Of a stretch of DNA of 64,000 nucleotides, positions 23,201-37,582 are shown in pieces. The position numbers and the translations under genes were made by a program. Source of the DNA: Cenococcum geophilum (taxonomy: Eukaryota); NCBI GenBank assembly GCA_050273025.1, contig CP158635.1, positions 19,344,001 to 19,408,000 on the forward strand. Reading direction: 5' to 3'. The notes below the pieces were generated by a model, which saw nothing but the letters and a program-made list of their open reading frames with translations, was not told where the DNA came from and made no database searches. How positions within the stretch are numbered: position 1 is the first letter of the stretch; the number at the start of each line of letters is the position of its first letter.

Positions 23201-26200
23201 TTCGAGAGATATTCATTTTGCATCCTCGTACGATGATTCCGGGTCATTTGCCTCTCGTTGTCATAGTTGACTATGCTAGCAATGAAGTCGTCGCGCCTGA
23301 CAATAGCCAGTATTCCTTTCCAACTGTCGAACTTGTGGCCAAGTAAGGTGCAGACTGCCTCGAGAGCCAACTTCACGCCAGCCGGTGGGTTTTGCATTGA
23401 TCGAACTTCTGTGAGATGTTGCCTCTTAATGTTCTGGACACTCTTCTGCGCCTCAAGAACAGCAGGTTCTGCGTTTGCCAGATCGTTCATCACAACCTGT
23501 CTTCTCAACGCAATTTCCTTCTCCGATTTTTCCAGAAATGCCTGGATTCCCAAGGATGTCGTTTTGCTTTGTTCAGCTTCTCGTTGGTCGGCAATCATTC
23601 GCTGCAGTTTTTCATTGGCTTCTGCGTCCTTCTTTTCCAATTGGCCCTGCTTTTCCGCCAGGCTCTTGCGCAAATCTCGAACTTTATCCACAGTCTCTCG
23701 CAACTTCTCTAATCCTACGTTAAGATGTCTCTGTTGTTCCTCAAGATCCTCGCGCTTCTCGTTATATAGCTTGACGTACTGTGCAACAAAGTCAAGGAAA
23801 TGCCGGGGAGTGAGGTAGGTAACCTTGTTCTGTTGCTTCTGTAATCTCTTGTTGAAATAATGCAAGGAGAAATGGATGTAGACCATTGCATTCACAACTG
23901 CTTCACGGTGTGATGGTGGAAGGTTCAATCCACGATGAGCTACGGGAATAGTATCCGGAGCAACAAAGTTGGCTCTATCCAAGTCGACAGATTGTGTTAA
24001 CTCAGAGCCGACTTGGAAGAGAGCTTGATCAGACCAGTCGCCGAACCAGTTAAGAACGCATCTGTTAAACAAGGCAGGGCTCGTTGCCGCTTTCGACGAT
24101 AATCCTTCTTCTGGTGGGTTCATCGTGAAAACAACGTGTAGATTTTTCACGATCTGTTGTGTGAACCACTTATAAAGCTCCTCCTGCGAGTCCAGGAGCA
24201 AACCTTGCCTCTGGGCTCCCTCCTTGCATGATGTCATAAGTGAAGCATACTCATCTCCTTCGAACAATCCCGGAACTTCGGCGTTGGCAAGCAAAGTATT
24301 CATGCGTTCCAGGAAACCTGAGTCGAGAACGTTGGATTCGTCCATAATAAAACAAATTTTCTCACCCTTGCAACCACACCGTCGAAGCACATTTCGCAGA
24401 TCCTCATCGAAGTCTTCGGCTGAGTATTTTCCGTGAACTTTAATCTGATAAACTTTGAGTCCGTTCATCCATGCCACAAAGCGGGACAAGGTTGTCTTTC
24501 CACTTCCACTGACACCGATTAAGATAAGATGTCCTTGAGGCTGACGGAATACACGATCGATCCGTAAGACGTGCTCTAGAACATCATTGAAAAGGATCAA
24601 GGGCACATCGACCTCTTCCTCGCAGAAGGTTTTTAGTCGAGCTTTGACAAAGTCTCGAAGTTGGTCACGATCAACCGGGACGTAGTTCTTAGAAAGCCAA
24701 TTCGAGAACAGGATAGGACCGCCAAGCGCTTGTTGTTCGTCGATGGTCGGGAAATGCTCCAAAGCAACCCGGTGGACGCATTCCTCAGTCCACTTACGCT
24801 CTTCTTCAGCAATGAGGCGATCTTGGAAAAGTCGAAGAGCTTCGTGCGCCCAAATCCTGACCAGTCCTTCGAGAGTTAAGCTTTCGAGTGGTCTAATGGC
24901 TTCGTAAACGCCACGTACCCATCTAGTAAGCTCTCTAGGAGAATAGACGTAGTGTGGTTGAATCTCCGGGGTAAACCTCTTTTGTGATTCGGCGTAGAAT
25001 TGAACCATCGCCTTTGTGAACGGTTCAGAATAACCACGCAGGGCTGGAAGGATTTTGAGAACGGCGCTATTGAAGGTTCCGTAGATTTGAAGAAGCGACT
25101 GTTCACCAGGATAGTCGACCATTATCAAGGGCGAGTGACGCAAAAATCTGAGGGCCATAGGGGTACGGCCCGCGTCTGTGGGTGGATTGCAAGCACCGAC
25201 AAATTGAATGCGGTCTAGAGTAACCCAGGTCTTATCAGTAGTTCTCCAGAATCCGTTCTGTTCAACGAGCTGGCGCAGGAACGAGATAGCCCGCTGAGTC
25301 CCATATTTGTCAGGAGCTGGCAAGTTGATTTCGTCACAGAAAATTACCAGCCAGCGGCCGATCTGCGTAGGTGTAAGAACTACACCGTTCAGGGTTTTCT
25401 TGTATTCACAGTACTGCTCGAAGGTCTTGATGAGCAGATCTGGAGTTGTCGCACTTGAGAAATTCAACCCCACAACTTCCATATTGGGTAGCTTTCGCAG
25501 AGCACTGAACAGAGTCATGGTTTTACCTGATCCGGGGGGACCACATAACAGAAGTGGCTTATGCTCTGCGAGCCATGAATATAGGACATCCTCATGCCGG
25601 ACTGTGTCTAGTGTGGGAATGACTACGTCTGTTTGGGTGATTGAATGGGTATTGACCTCGATATTTGGAACTTGGGATTGCCATAAAGTCCAGTCTGTCT
25701 TTGGTAGAGACACGTCGAAATCGATGAGTGAGGTCCCTTCGTTGAGGATGGGTATATCCACTGTGGCAAGACCAGCAATAAGGTCTCCAAATGCTTTGCG
25801 GTCAACTAACGGGCAGTCTCCAACCAACGACCATACAAGGGCAAGCAATAATTTCTTTGAGAGATAAGATTCAATCTGAGAGTCTTCCAAGGGGAAATCC
25901 TGATGCTGGACATTGTATTCTAGAACGGACCTGCACGTTTTATTGAGGAGTGAGAAAAGAGTGTTGAGTGCACGGATGTCCGTGAAGTCCATAATGTGGC
26001 GAAATTTGCGAGAGACACTCAGTGCTTTCTCGATAAACCGTTCCTCGTTCAGTTGAACTTGTAGGAAATCAGCGACCTGTCCCTGGACCACAAGAGCCTT
26101 TTGCGAGAGTTGACCTGGTGCGACAGAGTCATCCTCCAGATCTTCGAATGGAACCGCGCGAAGATTTTGGATGTAGTTGGAAATCATCATTTCTGTTGCG

Positions 26201-29200
26201 ACCGTATCATCGCTGAACCAGACCATGCCACATCGGCTGACAGTAGCAAGAGTAGCATATTTTAGGGTCTCGACTTCAAACATTATCCGTATGTTAGGGG
26301 GCAGATTCAGACGCTCGCCGTTTGGTAATGTCAAAAGTTTATTGTCATCTAGGACGCTGTTCAAATTCTCGACCCATTCTGGATCAACATCGCCATCAAA
26401 GACAATCCAATGTCGTTTAGTGTCTTCTCCACGGAGGTTGTCGACAATTTTTCTCAGAATGCTTGTGAAGAGCCCGTCGGTCCATTCCCTAGTTGTGCTG
26501 TCTAAGCTGCCATAAAGGTTTTCTTTTGACATGACCTTCGGGTCAATAACGTGACAAACTCCTTCAACTCCTTCGACACGCTGTAGCGCTGAGAGCAAAG
26601 TTTTCCACGCAGTGGACTTGCCAGATCCGGATGACCCAACCATCATAACGCCGTGATGAAGAGATTGTATCTGGTAGAGCTGCAATATTTTCGTCATCCA
26701 GGCCTCGCTCACAATGAGCCTCGACTCGGCGGCAGCATCGCGGATGGCTTGCTCTAATCTATCAAGAGGCGCAGGAACGTATTCTACACCTGGGAAGGAT
26801 TCTGCTTGTATATCTTTCATGATTTCGACGTCGGAACGGATTAGCTTTGGGGCCATCGTTTCACGTAAGCTTTGAACTATGATCTGTGGTTCGATGGTCA
26901 CTTCATCAGGTAGCCCTTGGCCCTGGCTAGCGATGCGGGCGCGCTTCAGTCCGCCAGAGCTGACGAGGACACTCTTTAAGGCACGCAAACCAAAGTCGTA
27001 GTGGGCCTGGTTCGACAAGCCGACTGAGCACTTATCAAAGAATGGCACAACTTGTTTGGACAACTCCTTAGCGCGAGAGAACCCTTGAGAGTAGAGCATG
27101 ACTTCTGCAATAAGCTCTTTATCAGGTTTTGACATTGCGACGCTCCTGAAAAGCTTCTTCAAGTTGTCAGGTAGGTTGGATCTGCCAGCGTACCCAGGAT
27201 TCATAGTGATGAAGATTCCGGTATGGGCGTTGACTCGAAGTTGACGACCGATGAGCTCGATCTGAGATTTTTCTTCCCCAATGCCCTTTCTCAGACCAAG
27301 TTGGATATTCTGTACCTGTTGGGAGACGGCTGACAAGATTCGTTCCTCGAGGCGGTTAAATTCGTCGAAGCAGCCCCATGCGCCCACTTGACATATACCG
27401 AGGAAAATGCGACCCATCGCTTGGAAGTCGAAAGTGTCATCGCAACAGAACACCAGAGTGAAGCGACCAAGTTGCACACCCAAAGCCTTGACAGACTCTG
27501 TCTTCCCCGTGCCGGCCGGACCGTAGGGAGAACCTCCAAGCCGTTGACATAATGCTTGTGTCAATGTTAAGAAGCAGCGATCAGTTAAAGGTGTGCGGAC
27601 GAGACGCTCTGCTACACCAAGATACTCGAAGCCATAGTCGAGGGTTGCATTCGCCATCTTGATTTGCAGTCGCTGTAATAATTCCCTCTCTGGCTCATAT
27701 ACATAACGCATCGAGAGAAGCCACATATGATGGGTCACAGAATCAGCTCCGGCTTGTCTTAGGCTGTTGATGACATCTCGTTGATGAACAAACTCTGTGA
27801 TGAGATGTTCGCACTTCCTCCTGTGAATTGGCTCGAGATCTCCTAGAACTGATGTGGCAAGGAGCTTGAGGATGCCGACATGCTGGTTATATAAACTAGA
27901 TAGACATGCACCCCCGTCACTCAGAGATGCTTCTACAGATGCTGTCCAACACACTTGAGTTGCTAGGACCACGATCTGGGCCGGATATTTCGTGACATAG
28001 GAGTCAAAAGCCGCGGGGTCCATAGACTCAGCAATGAGGAGAGCCTTGAATTCTTCGGCTGCCTCATGAAGGAGTTCCGCGAGAGTGTTTTTCATATTGA
28101 GTTCGAGTGCGGCTAGCCACTCGTTGACTCGAGGAGTCTTGGCCAAAGAGATATCTTTTTTCAGCATGACCTGCTCTCCCTCCTTTGAGGTGAATCCAAG
28201 TATAGTTGAATTGTCATCGGTTACGAGGCCAGATATTCCAGCAAACATTTTCCTCAAATGCTTTGCAATCCGAAGAGTGTCATTATTGTTGCCAATAATC
28301 TCAAGAAGATCCTCGTCACCGACAAAGTAGAATCGCGGAAAGGACACTCTTTCTCGCTCCAGGTATTCACCGAGTGCCTTTTGGATCTTGTTGAGCAGCT
28401 CGGCCAGACGTTCTAAGGATTTCTGAACGCCAGATATGGCAAGCACATCAAGGACAAATGGTGATCGAGAAACCTTCTTCATCACAGAGAGAAATTCAGA
28501 GTTGATATTCTGGAAACGGGAGGACTCCATTGGCAGGAGGTGTTTGATGTCAGCATTTCCGGTGAAAACGCCCTCGAGGTATACCCATTGACGCTGCACG
28601 TCTATCCAGACATCGAAGAGGACATGAACGCGGTTCAGCTTCTCCTCCCATGACGATGCGTCCTCCTCGAATTCTTTGTAGTACGGTGAGTGTCTCATTG
28701 CCTGAAGAGAATTCAGGTTCTCACTGCATTTGGCGAAGAGGTCGTCCCAGCCACGAATGAGTCGGCATTTGTTTTGATAGTTAACCAGATCCAGAGAGTA
28801 GTTTTGCCAGGTTTCACGCACTTGCTTGAGAAACTCTTCAAGAGCCATCTCACCCTGAGCTTGCGCAATTACATCGCGAATAACAACTTCACTTGGGCCT
28901 AGCTGAAGATCCCAAACATCTCCAAGTGTTAAGGAGAGCTGAGAATACCTCTTGGTGGGCTTCAGCTGCTTAAAAATCTTGACCCAATGTCGCTCCCTCA
29001 CTGCCTCTGACCGCATCTCCCCTAGTAAAGGGTTTACTTTCAGCAGTTGACGTAAAACATTCTGAACATGCTCGAACGCAGCGTACTGGCGCATGCGGCT
29101 CGGCATCTCTTTTGTCATTTTGAGAAGATTGTCCAAAGATTGTCGTAACTTGCGAGGCTGTATGCTAGTCCAGAGAGTGTCTCGGAGATCATTAAGGCTG

Positions 29201-32200
29201 TTCCAGATTGTGGTTAAAGCGGCCCAGACTGACTTAAAGTCCTGCACTTCTTCAAGTAAGGCGGAGAGAACGTTTTCACCTGATGCAGGAAGATTGAGGG
29301 CTTCCTTAGCTTTTGACACCATCATGGACTCGTTTCGCAGTTGAGTAAGTTTAGTATCAAAAGATTGCAAAGTGAGCGACGCTTCCTCTGGAGGAATTGT
29401 CCCTGACACTGGCTTCTCTTCGGCCCACTGTGCTGTGATATCCGCAATTTTCTGATTGACAACCTTATCTTCTGCGACAATCTTTGCTCGAAGTGCGTCT
29501 GTTTGATCGTTGACAATCTTGCCCTTCCTCTCTAGAACTTCGTTAAGTGTTGTCCACTCATGATCGATTTGCTCCATGTGTAGCCAGTCGGCAGGAAACT
29601 GATAACGTTGACGAGTTAAAGCTGTCTGTCCTTGTCGGAAGATTTCAACTTCTGGTCCCCACGCCTGAGCTTTGCGTTTACATTGCTGAACAGTGGTAAT
29701 GAAGGTGACTGCCTGTGCAGTAGATGAAGCTTCCAGAGACTGAACCTCAAGGTCCTTGCGGGCCTTTTCGATTTCCACGAAGACCTCGGTCATACGATTT
29801 CCAAGCCTCCCAGCGAACTTGAGAAGGATCTCATGTTGCCATTGATCGTACTTAGCATTTACTTTCACTTGCACTTGCTCGTAGTCGATAGTCACATATC
29901 CAAACGAACGGCTCACTTCGGAGGTATCGAAAGTGGCTCGTGTTTTGCGAATTTCCTGCAAGAGTTGCAGCCACCTGGAAAGATCTTCGCCCAATACGTC
30001 GTAAACGTGCTCTGACTGGAGATCCCACAAAGACTGGAATTGGAGCCATTTATCGACGTACTCGGCTATACCACGAATCCTATCCTCTACAGCACCGTAG
30101 ACTAAGATCAAGGAATCGGTACAGCGACTTGGGAGGTCGGAAAATCGAGAAGATGATGCGTCATTGGCAACTTCTAGTCGCATTTCATACCGGGAAGCCT
30201 TTACTTTTTGCAGAGTACAAATGATTCCAAGCCACTGATGTAGTTGCTCTAACCAGCTCGCTCTCGCAAATTCAAGCGGTGGGTCAAGGTAGATGACTTG
30301 GTTGCGCATAGTAATCTCATGGACGAGATGAGCTAGCTTGGGTAGTTGTTTCACTTGATCTGCGACGTCCGTAGACTTCGAAGTTGTGCGACGTTCTATG
30401 GTATCGACATTGCTGAAAACGCCAATCCACTCCATGATTGCCTGGTTTAATCGCATTAAAAGAACCGATTCGATCCGGGAATTCATTTGAGAGACCCATT
30501 GGGAAAGATTGGCGTAGTTCTCCAAATTAAGTTGGTCCACAGCCCTCTGAATGGTCTCCAGGTTTTGACGAAAGGATTCCATTCCATACGGGCAGGCTTC
30601 AAGATCCCCTAAGGCTTTCTCGACCCTGGCGTTGATAGCAGCTAAGGTAGATGTTTTCGTTTGCAGCAAGGATGTAGCAGCTGCGAATTCGCGCACGAAT
30701 TGTACATGCTTGCTCTCGCCTCGCCCAGCAGCCCCTGCTTGATTTGAAGGTATGAATGGTCCCTGCCTAATATGAAGATCGTAGGCATGGACGAAAGACT
30801 CCCATTTCAGTGGAACACCTTTGGTAATGAGGCCTTGCGCATCGTTCAGATAGCCATTCAATAACATCGAAACTTGGGCCATCTCTCCGATTGTTCGGAT
30901 GGTTTGCGAATATGTCCGGACGCTCTCCATCAGACTGACTGCATAAGGGTAGACTCGTTTCGCTTCCTTGGAGATATTGTTGATGGCATGCGGAACTTGA
31001 TAATTGCGCCACGTCAGATTTCGAACTTCTTTGAACAAGGCAATAATTTGAGCGTCAAAATTCACGCTCAGCTCCAAAGTGTTACCCGCTGCCCGGTTCC
31101 GCGAAATGAGGAAGAGTCGACCAGCGATGGAGAGTTTCCGTCTTGCGACTTCCTGAAGCCATGACTCGAAAATTGGTCTCGTATCAAGCTTTTTTCGGAA
31201 CATGCTGCTTTCGCTTTGAAGTTTCTGTCCCTCGGCATGCAAGCCCCAGTCTTTCCCCAGGATATCTTCTACTTTCTTCATATAACCATCCAATTGTCGT
31301 TCAATTTGACGAGCCCAGATCACCGCACCCGAAACGGGAGCGAAGTCGCGGAGCTGTGCCATTGCATGGGCTTCAGAATTCCCATACTGTTGCTTGAATC
31401 GTTCATGAAGGGCCGATATGTCGCGCTTAACGTTGTCGATAAGCTGAGTCTGATATTCAGAAATAGCTCCCCGGATCTTCGGGCGTACGAATAGAGGGTT
31501 GAACTTCGAGAATACACGGAACATCTCATTGGCGGTCTTTGCAGTGCCAAGTCGGTCTCTCAATCGAGCAATAATCGAGTTCTCTACCCTTGAAGTGCGA
31601 TCGTTGTAGACCTGTTCGGCTTGTACCCAGATTTTAGTACCTTCCTCGGAAACATTTAATACATCAACATCCTTCAGGACAGCATAGGCTTGTGCAACTT
31701 CTTCAACCGCATCAACATCACCAATTTCTTCGACAATGACGGCTTCATAAGGTTGTGATCCGTCGGTAGGGTTTTTGGACGAAGCATTTGATCCGAGGAC
31801 ATTGACGATTGTTCGCTGAAGTTGTTCGTGATTTGTGCGAAAGGTGCTGATGTATTTCAAGCGCTCTTGGGTGTGGATATGCCGCGCCGCGATTTTAATG
31901 GGTATGAACTTCTCGTTTCTACGCCTGGTAACTTCGCGAGCAACATTTGTAAACTCCTTAACATTATCCTCCCAAGTGCGCCATATTCCATCTGCGGTCT
32001 TCATAATTGATTGGAACTCCGGATAGTCCAAGTGCATCAAAGATTTGCCATGGAGAAGGGCGTGCAGACGTGCATCGAGGTCAGCGGAAATTGCTTCCAC
32101 TAACGGAAGTGCTCGACGGACAGGATACGGACAAATGCGTAGTTTCTTGTTCATATGACTGAAGATTAACGTGATTGATTCCTGAACTTTCTGAAGCGAC

Positions 32201-33369
32201 GTGGCAGAAAGCAGTTCATCTAAGGGGAAATCGCGCATCAACTGGTTGTATTTCTGAACCATGTCTGTCGTCTCCTTCAATCCGGTGTCGGCACTGAAAC
32301 TCACAGTTGCTTGGAACCGTTTCGCATTCTTCAAGACATCCAGAGTGAGCCTTACGCCTTCACTTCGAAGCTGTGCTTCGATGGCTTCCAGCGCGGACTC
32401 CATTCCAAGCCAGAAATTAATCTCTTGCGCTGCCGTGCCACTACTTGGGTCTCGAGTCTTCTTAGTGACTTCCTGTATTGATTTAATCCAGCCATTAACT
32501 ATCGATTGCAACCCATTCAGAAAAGTACTGTCCGAGAGAACTGCAGCTAGTATCAAGTCTGTGGTTGGTTTGACAGACCGCTGTTCAGCAGCATCGAGAG
32601 CCGACTGAATAACCGGATGTAGGGGTAGTATGAGTTCCGGTATCTCAACGTTCTGTTGCAAGTGCAGCAAGCTCGTCTCAAGCTCAGCAAGCTTCTTTTT
32701 AGTTCCAGGAATACCAGTCCGCGCTTCATTATCTCCTTTACTCCAACTATTCGTTAGTTCCCGCTGGCTCTTTGTGTAAACATCAAAATAAGGCGCCAGC
32801 GCCAGGTGTACCACGGAGTGAAGGACTTCGAAGGGTGAGACAGCGGAGCCTTGAGCTGATGACGAGTTGTTCTGTGCTGCAGCTCCTGGTAGATTGATAA
32901 TTTGGACCTGGGAGCTTATGGGCAAACCTGGATCAATAGGCTGAGCTTGCTTTAGAATGGCTATGCATGCAGCGCAGGTGGGTGAGAGGGAGAGTTCGGA
33001 CGAAAGTGTATAGGTATATTGTAGAGGGGCATCTAATGAATATATTAGCTAAGGGCTAGAACTCGATTCTCACAACTTACCTTGAGAAGATTCCAAGCCA
33101 CCTATCCTGCTGGTATCAAGAATATCCTTCTGCGCATATAAAGCAACCTGCGTTTCGAGAGCAAATCGAGTACATCGCTGAAGGGTGTCTTGTAGTTTCG
33201 ATGGTGACAGTAAGCTGCCCGCCAGGCGGAGATCTTCTTCAGAGGCTCCTAATGTGACATTTAAGACTTTGACGAGATGGTCCACTATGACCTGAGGATC
33301 TATTGAGGGTGGGGCGGGATTCGAATTTTGTATGCCGTTAGGTGGCCCCTGGACCAGAGGTCCCTCCAT
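20243..33369 (-). CDS. nudA: Cytoplasmic dynein heavy chain (~4339 aa; exons 33369-33081, 33032-20743, 20683-20243)
   Basis: Four P-loops ([32 protein letters not shown]), CFDEFNR, stalk coiled coil. GT-AG introns 33033-33080 and 20684-20742 link the three ORF-track pieces in frame. Confidence 0.98.
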
Positions 33370-33673
33370 CAGTCATAAGTTTAGGGGATGATGTAGGAAG
33401 GAGACATGTGGTTCGTCGTTTCTGTAAAGTGGACAGAGGAACGGCGAGTTCAGGAAGGTCGTCTGTAATAGAGGGTCGCTAGGATCCCGGTGTTGATGAA
33501 TGTAGATGATGGCGGTTTGGGAAGCTACAAAATACCTAATCCAAGCCGGTCAACGCGACCGAGGACGCGCTACTTTACGGCAGACGACAACACGTCTAGC
33601 GCAAATCAGCCTTCACTCCGACCCTGGAATTTTTACATCTGCAGACAGAGTACTCATCAACAGCACAGCCAGA
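33370..33673. promoter_or_regulatory. Short divergent (bidirectional) promoter region between dynein heavy chain and mitochondrial S12
   Basis: Head-to-head start codons separated by only 304 bp. Confidence 0.6.
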
Positions 33674-34377
33674 ATGCCTCTACAATTCCTACGGCGGGTT
33701 TTGCGGCCACCAATTCTTTCCGTGGCTGTTCGATCACAAACTCGACCCGTTTGCGCTCCAATTGCAACATTACTAAAGGCTTCTCCCTCTGCCTTACCCG
33801 CCCGGTCCTTCTCCGCCTCGACCACACGCGACACTACATTAAATCAAATCGCCAGAGGATGCAGACACATGCAAAGAGAGCGAAAAAGGCGGTCGCCCGC
33901 ATTGATTAATCGGCCGGAGATGAAAGGAGTTTGCGTTAAAGTTGGCACAACAAAACCTAAAAAGCCCAATTCGGGGGAGAGGAAGATTGCGAGGGTTAGG
34001 TTGAGCAATGGAAAGGTCGTTACAGCATATATTCCAGGCGAAGGTGTGTGACGCATCGCTCTGAGTATGGCTTTGGGTTCGGTTAGGATAACCAATACTT
34101 GAATTTGGTATTGAAAAACGGAGATCTTTTCGGGGCTAATGATACACTAACAGGTCACAACATACAACAGCATTCCGTCGTGCTTGTCAGAGGAGGCAGA
34201 GCACAGGATTGCCCAGGTGTGAAATATCACCTAGTGAGAGGGTCATTGGATTTAGTGAGCTTGCCAAGTCACATAATCTCCGTTCTTGAAATGCTAATAC
34301 ACAATCTCCAGGGTGGTGTAGGAAATCGACTTACTTCAAGGTCAAAGTATGGAACGAAGAAGCCTAAAGCTGCATGA
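33674..34377 (+). CDS. MRPS12: Mitochondrial ribosomal protein uS12m (exons 33674-34043, 34154-34254, 34312-34377)
   Basis: [54 protein letters not shown] motifs. Arg/Ser-rich presequence [12 protein letters not shown]; two GT-AG introns. Confidence 0.96.
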
Positions 34378-35641
34378 TTGATGCTATGTGTCTCAAATGA
34401 AAATGTATATTATACCTGGCATGGACGGCGTTGGGCTCACAAAGCTCGTCGGCAGAGATGATTCTAGGGATTCACTGTATTAGCTCGAGACTATATACTC
34501 CATTTCCGCATCTCCCATACTTATTTAGAAAGCCGCAGCTAATTTCGCAGTTATCATATCCGCTTCGGTTAACCACATTTCAATCCAGTTAGGTATTCAT
34601 CCAATTCAAAGTAGCTCATGGGAGCTATCTGCTAGACAGCGCATCGAGGTTTCAACATTTCTTCTAAATGAACTCAGCACCTAAACCTATTTATAGCTCC
34701 TCATTTTTCAGTTCCCACGCTGAAACTCCCGAAGTAGTTAAATTCGCTCATACCTCAATCTTTTGTACCCCTCTAAATCACTAATACCTCTAACTCAACC
34801 TACAAGTCACTTTGACAATTCTATGAATGGTCTGACGGCCGCAGTACTAAAACGCAACACTCCTCTTACCCTACGAAGTCTTGCAAATATCCAGTCGTTT
34901 ACGGCGTTCCGATTCCATACAATTACAAAATCCCATGGGCTACGTAAACGACCCTCTTCTAAGCAATCTTCCCTAATAAATCAGTAAAATTTATTCCATG
35001 CAAACACATCGGTGTGCTTGCATTGTTTCCAGATCCATTCAATATATCTTAAAGGCTTTAGTTGAGCACTAAAGCGCAGCTATGTCCCAACTACATCCCA
35101 TGGGTTTATACCTTTTTCTTTGCATATTTGCATTGCAGAGCGTCGTATTCATAGACACGTTGGGAAGCTCGGCTATTGCTGGCTAAGCTATGAGTGATCA
35201 CAGGAGCTATCAACAACGTTTCCCATAGGTTCGTGTAACGCTTTTAATATATTTTGTATAGTATATTGATATAACCTGAAGATAGCACCGCGACTACAAC
35301 GGTATGGTGGGCTTCTTGGCCTAGTCGTATCTCGCGATCGAGTTCGATGACCCGCTAAACTAATGCAAGGGTGGTTTTAGTCCCAGTCAAAAGCGTACAG
35401 AAAAGCCATAATTGAGACCAGCCAAGGAGAGACACGAGTTTTCTATGCCAGCCAACCTCGTCCACCCGCATAATTCGATATTGCAGTGATCTCGGCATGG
35501 CTTAATGAAACTATGCGACTGGCACGTTTTACGACAAGTCAAGAAAGCAGTACGAACCCCCCAAACTAATAAATGTGAGCGACATCGCGATTGATAGAAT
35601 TTCAACAATCATCCAAAGCCCTCGGACAGTATTCAAGAGCA

Positions 35642-36192
35642 ATGCACTTCACTAAGATCATTCCTCTAAGCCTCAGGCAAGTGCTACCCAATTCATCCAA
35701 GATCTTAACTAACTCATCATCTCAAGTGCTTTTGTTTCAGCTCACCCAGCGGAGGAGTATTCACGCCCTCCAAAAAGTCCTAGAACCAGCACCCTCATTT
35801 GTCCTGCCTCAACTCCTTTTACAACGATCTACGTCACTACTATTTCAACAGTCGTAACCACTTATGCCACTATCACTTTACCTACAACCGCAACTCTTGC
35901 ACGCAGCTGTCCAACCTATTACACAGAGGTCGGTACTCCGGCTCCATGGGCGTCCTGCACATTCAATACGAAGACTTGCACAACCCTCGATTGCTTGTAT
36001 TTAAAGACGATCACGATGCCCTGTCAGATGACCATTGATCCATGTTGTACGAGAACAGCGACGGACACGCTATATCGGGACTGTCCGACCAAGTGTCCAA
36101 GTGGGTGTGGAACGAGCTGGACGATGGTGAGCGGGAGTTGTGGTACACCGACGGCAGTCCCAACGTTTACGGCAACTCCTCTGAAGCTCTAG
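35642..36192 (+). CDS. Small secreted Thr/Cys-rich protein 1 (166 aa, 12 Cys; exons 35642-35676, 35727-36192)
   Basis: MHFTKIIPLSLSAFVSA|HPAEE signal-peptide-like start, joined by a 50-bp GC-AG intron (GCAAGT...CTAAC...AAG) to an open exon ending ...CPTKCPSGCGTSWTMVSGSCGTPTAVPTFTATPLKL*. Confidence 0.8.
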
Positions 36193-37582
36193 GATTCTGT
36201 AGTGTACTTAGTTCTCATATAACTATTTCACGAACCGTTAAAGCGTACGTTCGAATTTCGACATCCTATTCATGTCCTCGTGAATAGCTTCAGATAGTTA
36301 AGGAAACCGTACAAGCTCATTTTTATGGTCAACCTAGAGCACTTTAAATGCTCATCCAAAATTTGTACATTGTGGCGGGAACTAAACAGATGGCCTCGCT
36401 GAAATAGATGCTAATTGTTCTCTTCGAATAGAATAATAAAACCTGGTTAATAAGACTGGTAAGCTAAGGCTTAGGGTTTCTAGCCATAACTATATTTTTG
36501 AATCTTTCTTGAGGTATTTTAGGAGCTCATTCGGAGGCCCTCGGACCATTTCATGCCTCGGCAAAGTATTCATGGCGTAGCATCAAATGACTGTTCGAGA
36601 CATTTTCAGTAGCCTAGCCGGCAATAAGAATAATTCCAAACGGGAACCGTATTGATATTTGTCCCTTGAAATTACCGCTAGAACTAGCTCTATATATATT
36701 AGTTGCCGAACTGAAAAGGAGAAGCGATGCCCAACCAAACGACGTTACTAGTCTGTCTGGAATTATGCATGGAGTCTGGTAAACGTCCTTTGACATGTTT
36801 CCAAAGAAATTTCTGGAGTAAGTAGTGCGTAGTTAGCAATGGCTAATTTTTTTTCACGCTTCCTTTTCCTAGGGCAAACCCTTCGTATAATCGACTCTAT
36901 GCTCATTTCGAGTTGCACCAGTTGTTTCCAACGTCCAATCAAAATTACGAGCAACAGAGTTCGGCTAGAGGACAAGCGATCAACGACGATCCAATCCTGG
37001 CAGATGTTACTATAAATACAATTTTATCTCACGCCTTGTAATTTCTGGCCTGAGAGAACCAGGAAGTTATTCAAGAGGCTTGCTGCTAAAACCCAATTCA
37101 GCTCTCCAGTGTTATGAAGGTGTCACGCTGCCATGCCTAGTGTGCCATTATCCTAATGTCGCTCATGAAGAAGATTTTGTATCTTTTGACCGAATGCGAG
37201 GAACTGTTCTGGAGGATATCCTCGTGTTTCACGACTTCGTAACCGGCATAAAAGGATCAATTGGCTTGCGGCCCGAGAAGGCTATCGGTTGCACATGATG
37301 CGTAGTGGCGCTCGCAATCTAGTAAGAAAAATCCGGAGTGCGTGTCACGGGCGCTCGCATGGGAAGCTAATGAAAGACAGTCAGTCTCCTGAGCTGAACC
37401 AAGGTTCTACACGGGTAAGACTCCTATACGGTCAATTCATGAGTGGCAGGCGAAAAGTGAATTCATTTATATATAAGCCTTGCCTGGTAGGCGCCTTAGA
37501 ATGCTCCTTCTCTTTTAGTATCAAAAATTGCGACCCTATCCACAACACTCAACCCTTTTAATTCCTTTTCATTAACGACACA

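Noticed and set aside
20929..32608. Numerous 60-190 aa ORFs overlapping dynein
   Set aside because: Shadow or alternative-frame ORFs of a long conserved CDS; no independent motifs.
36560..37300. Possible gene remnant between the two secreted-protein genes
   Set aside because: Only short frames with no recognisable motif.
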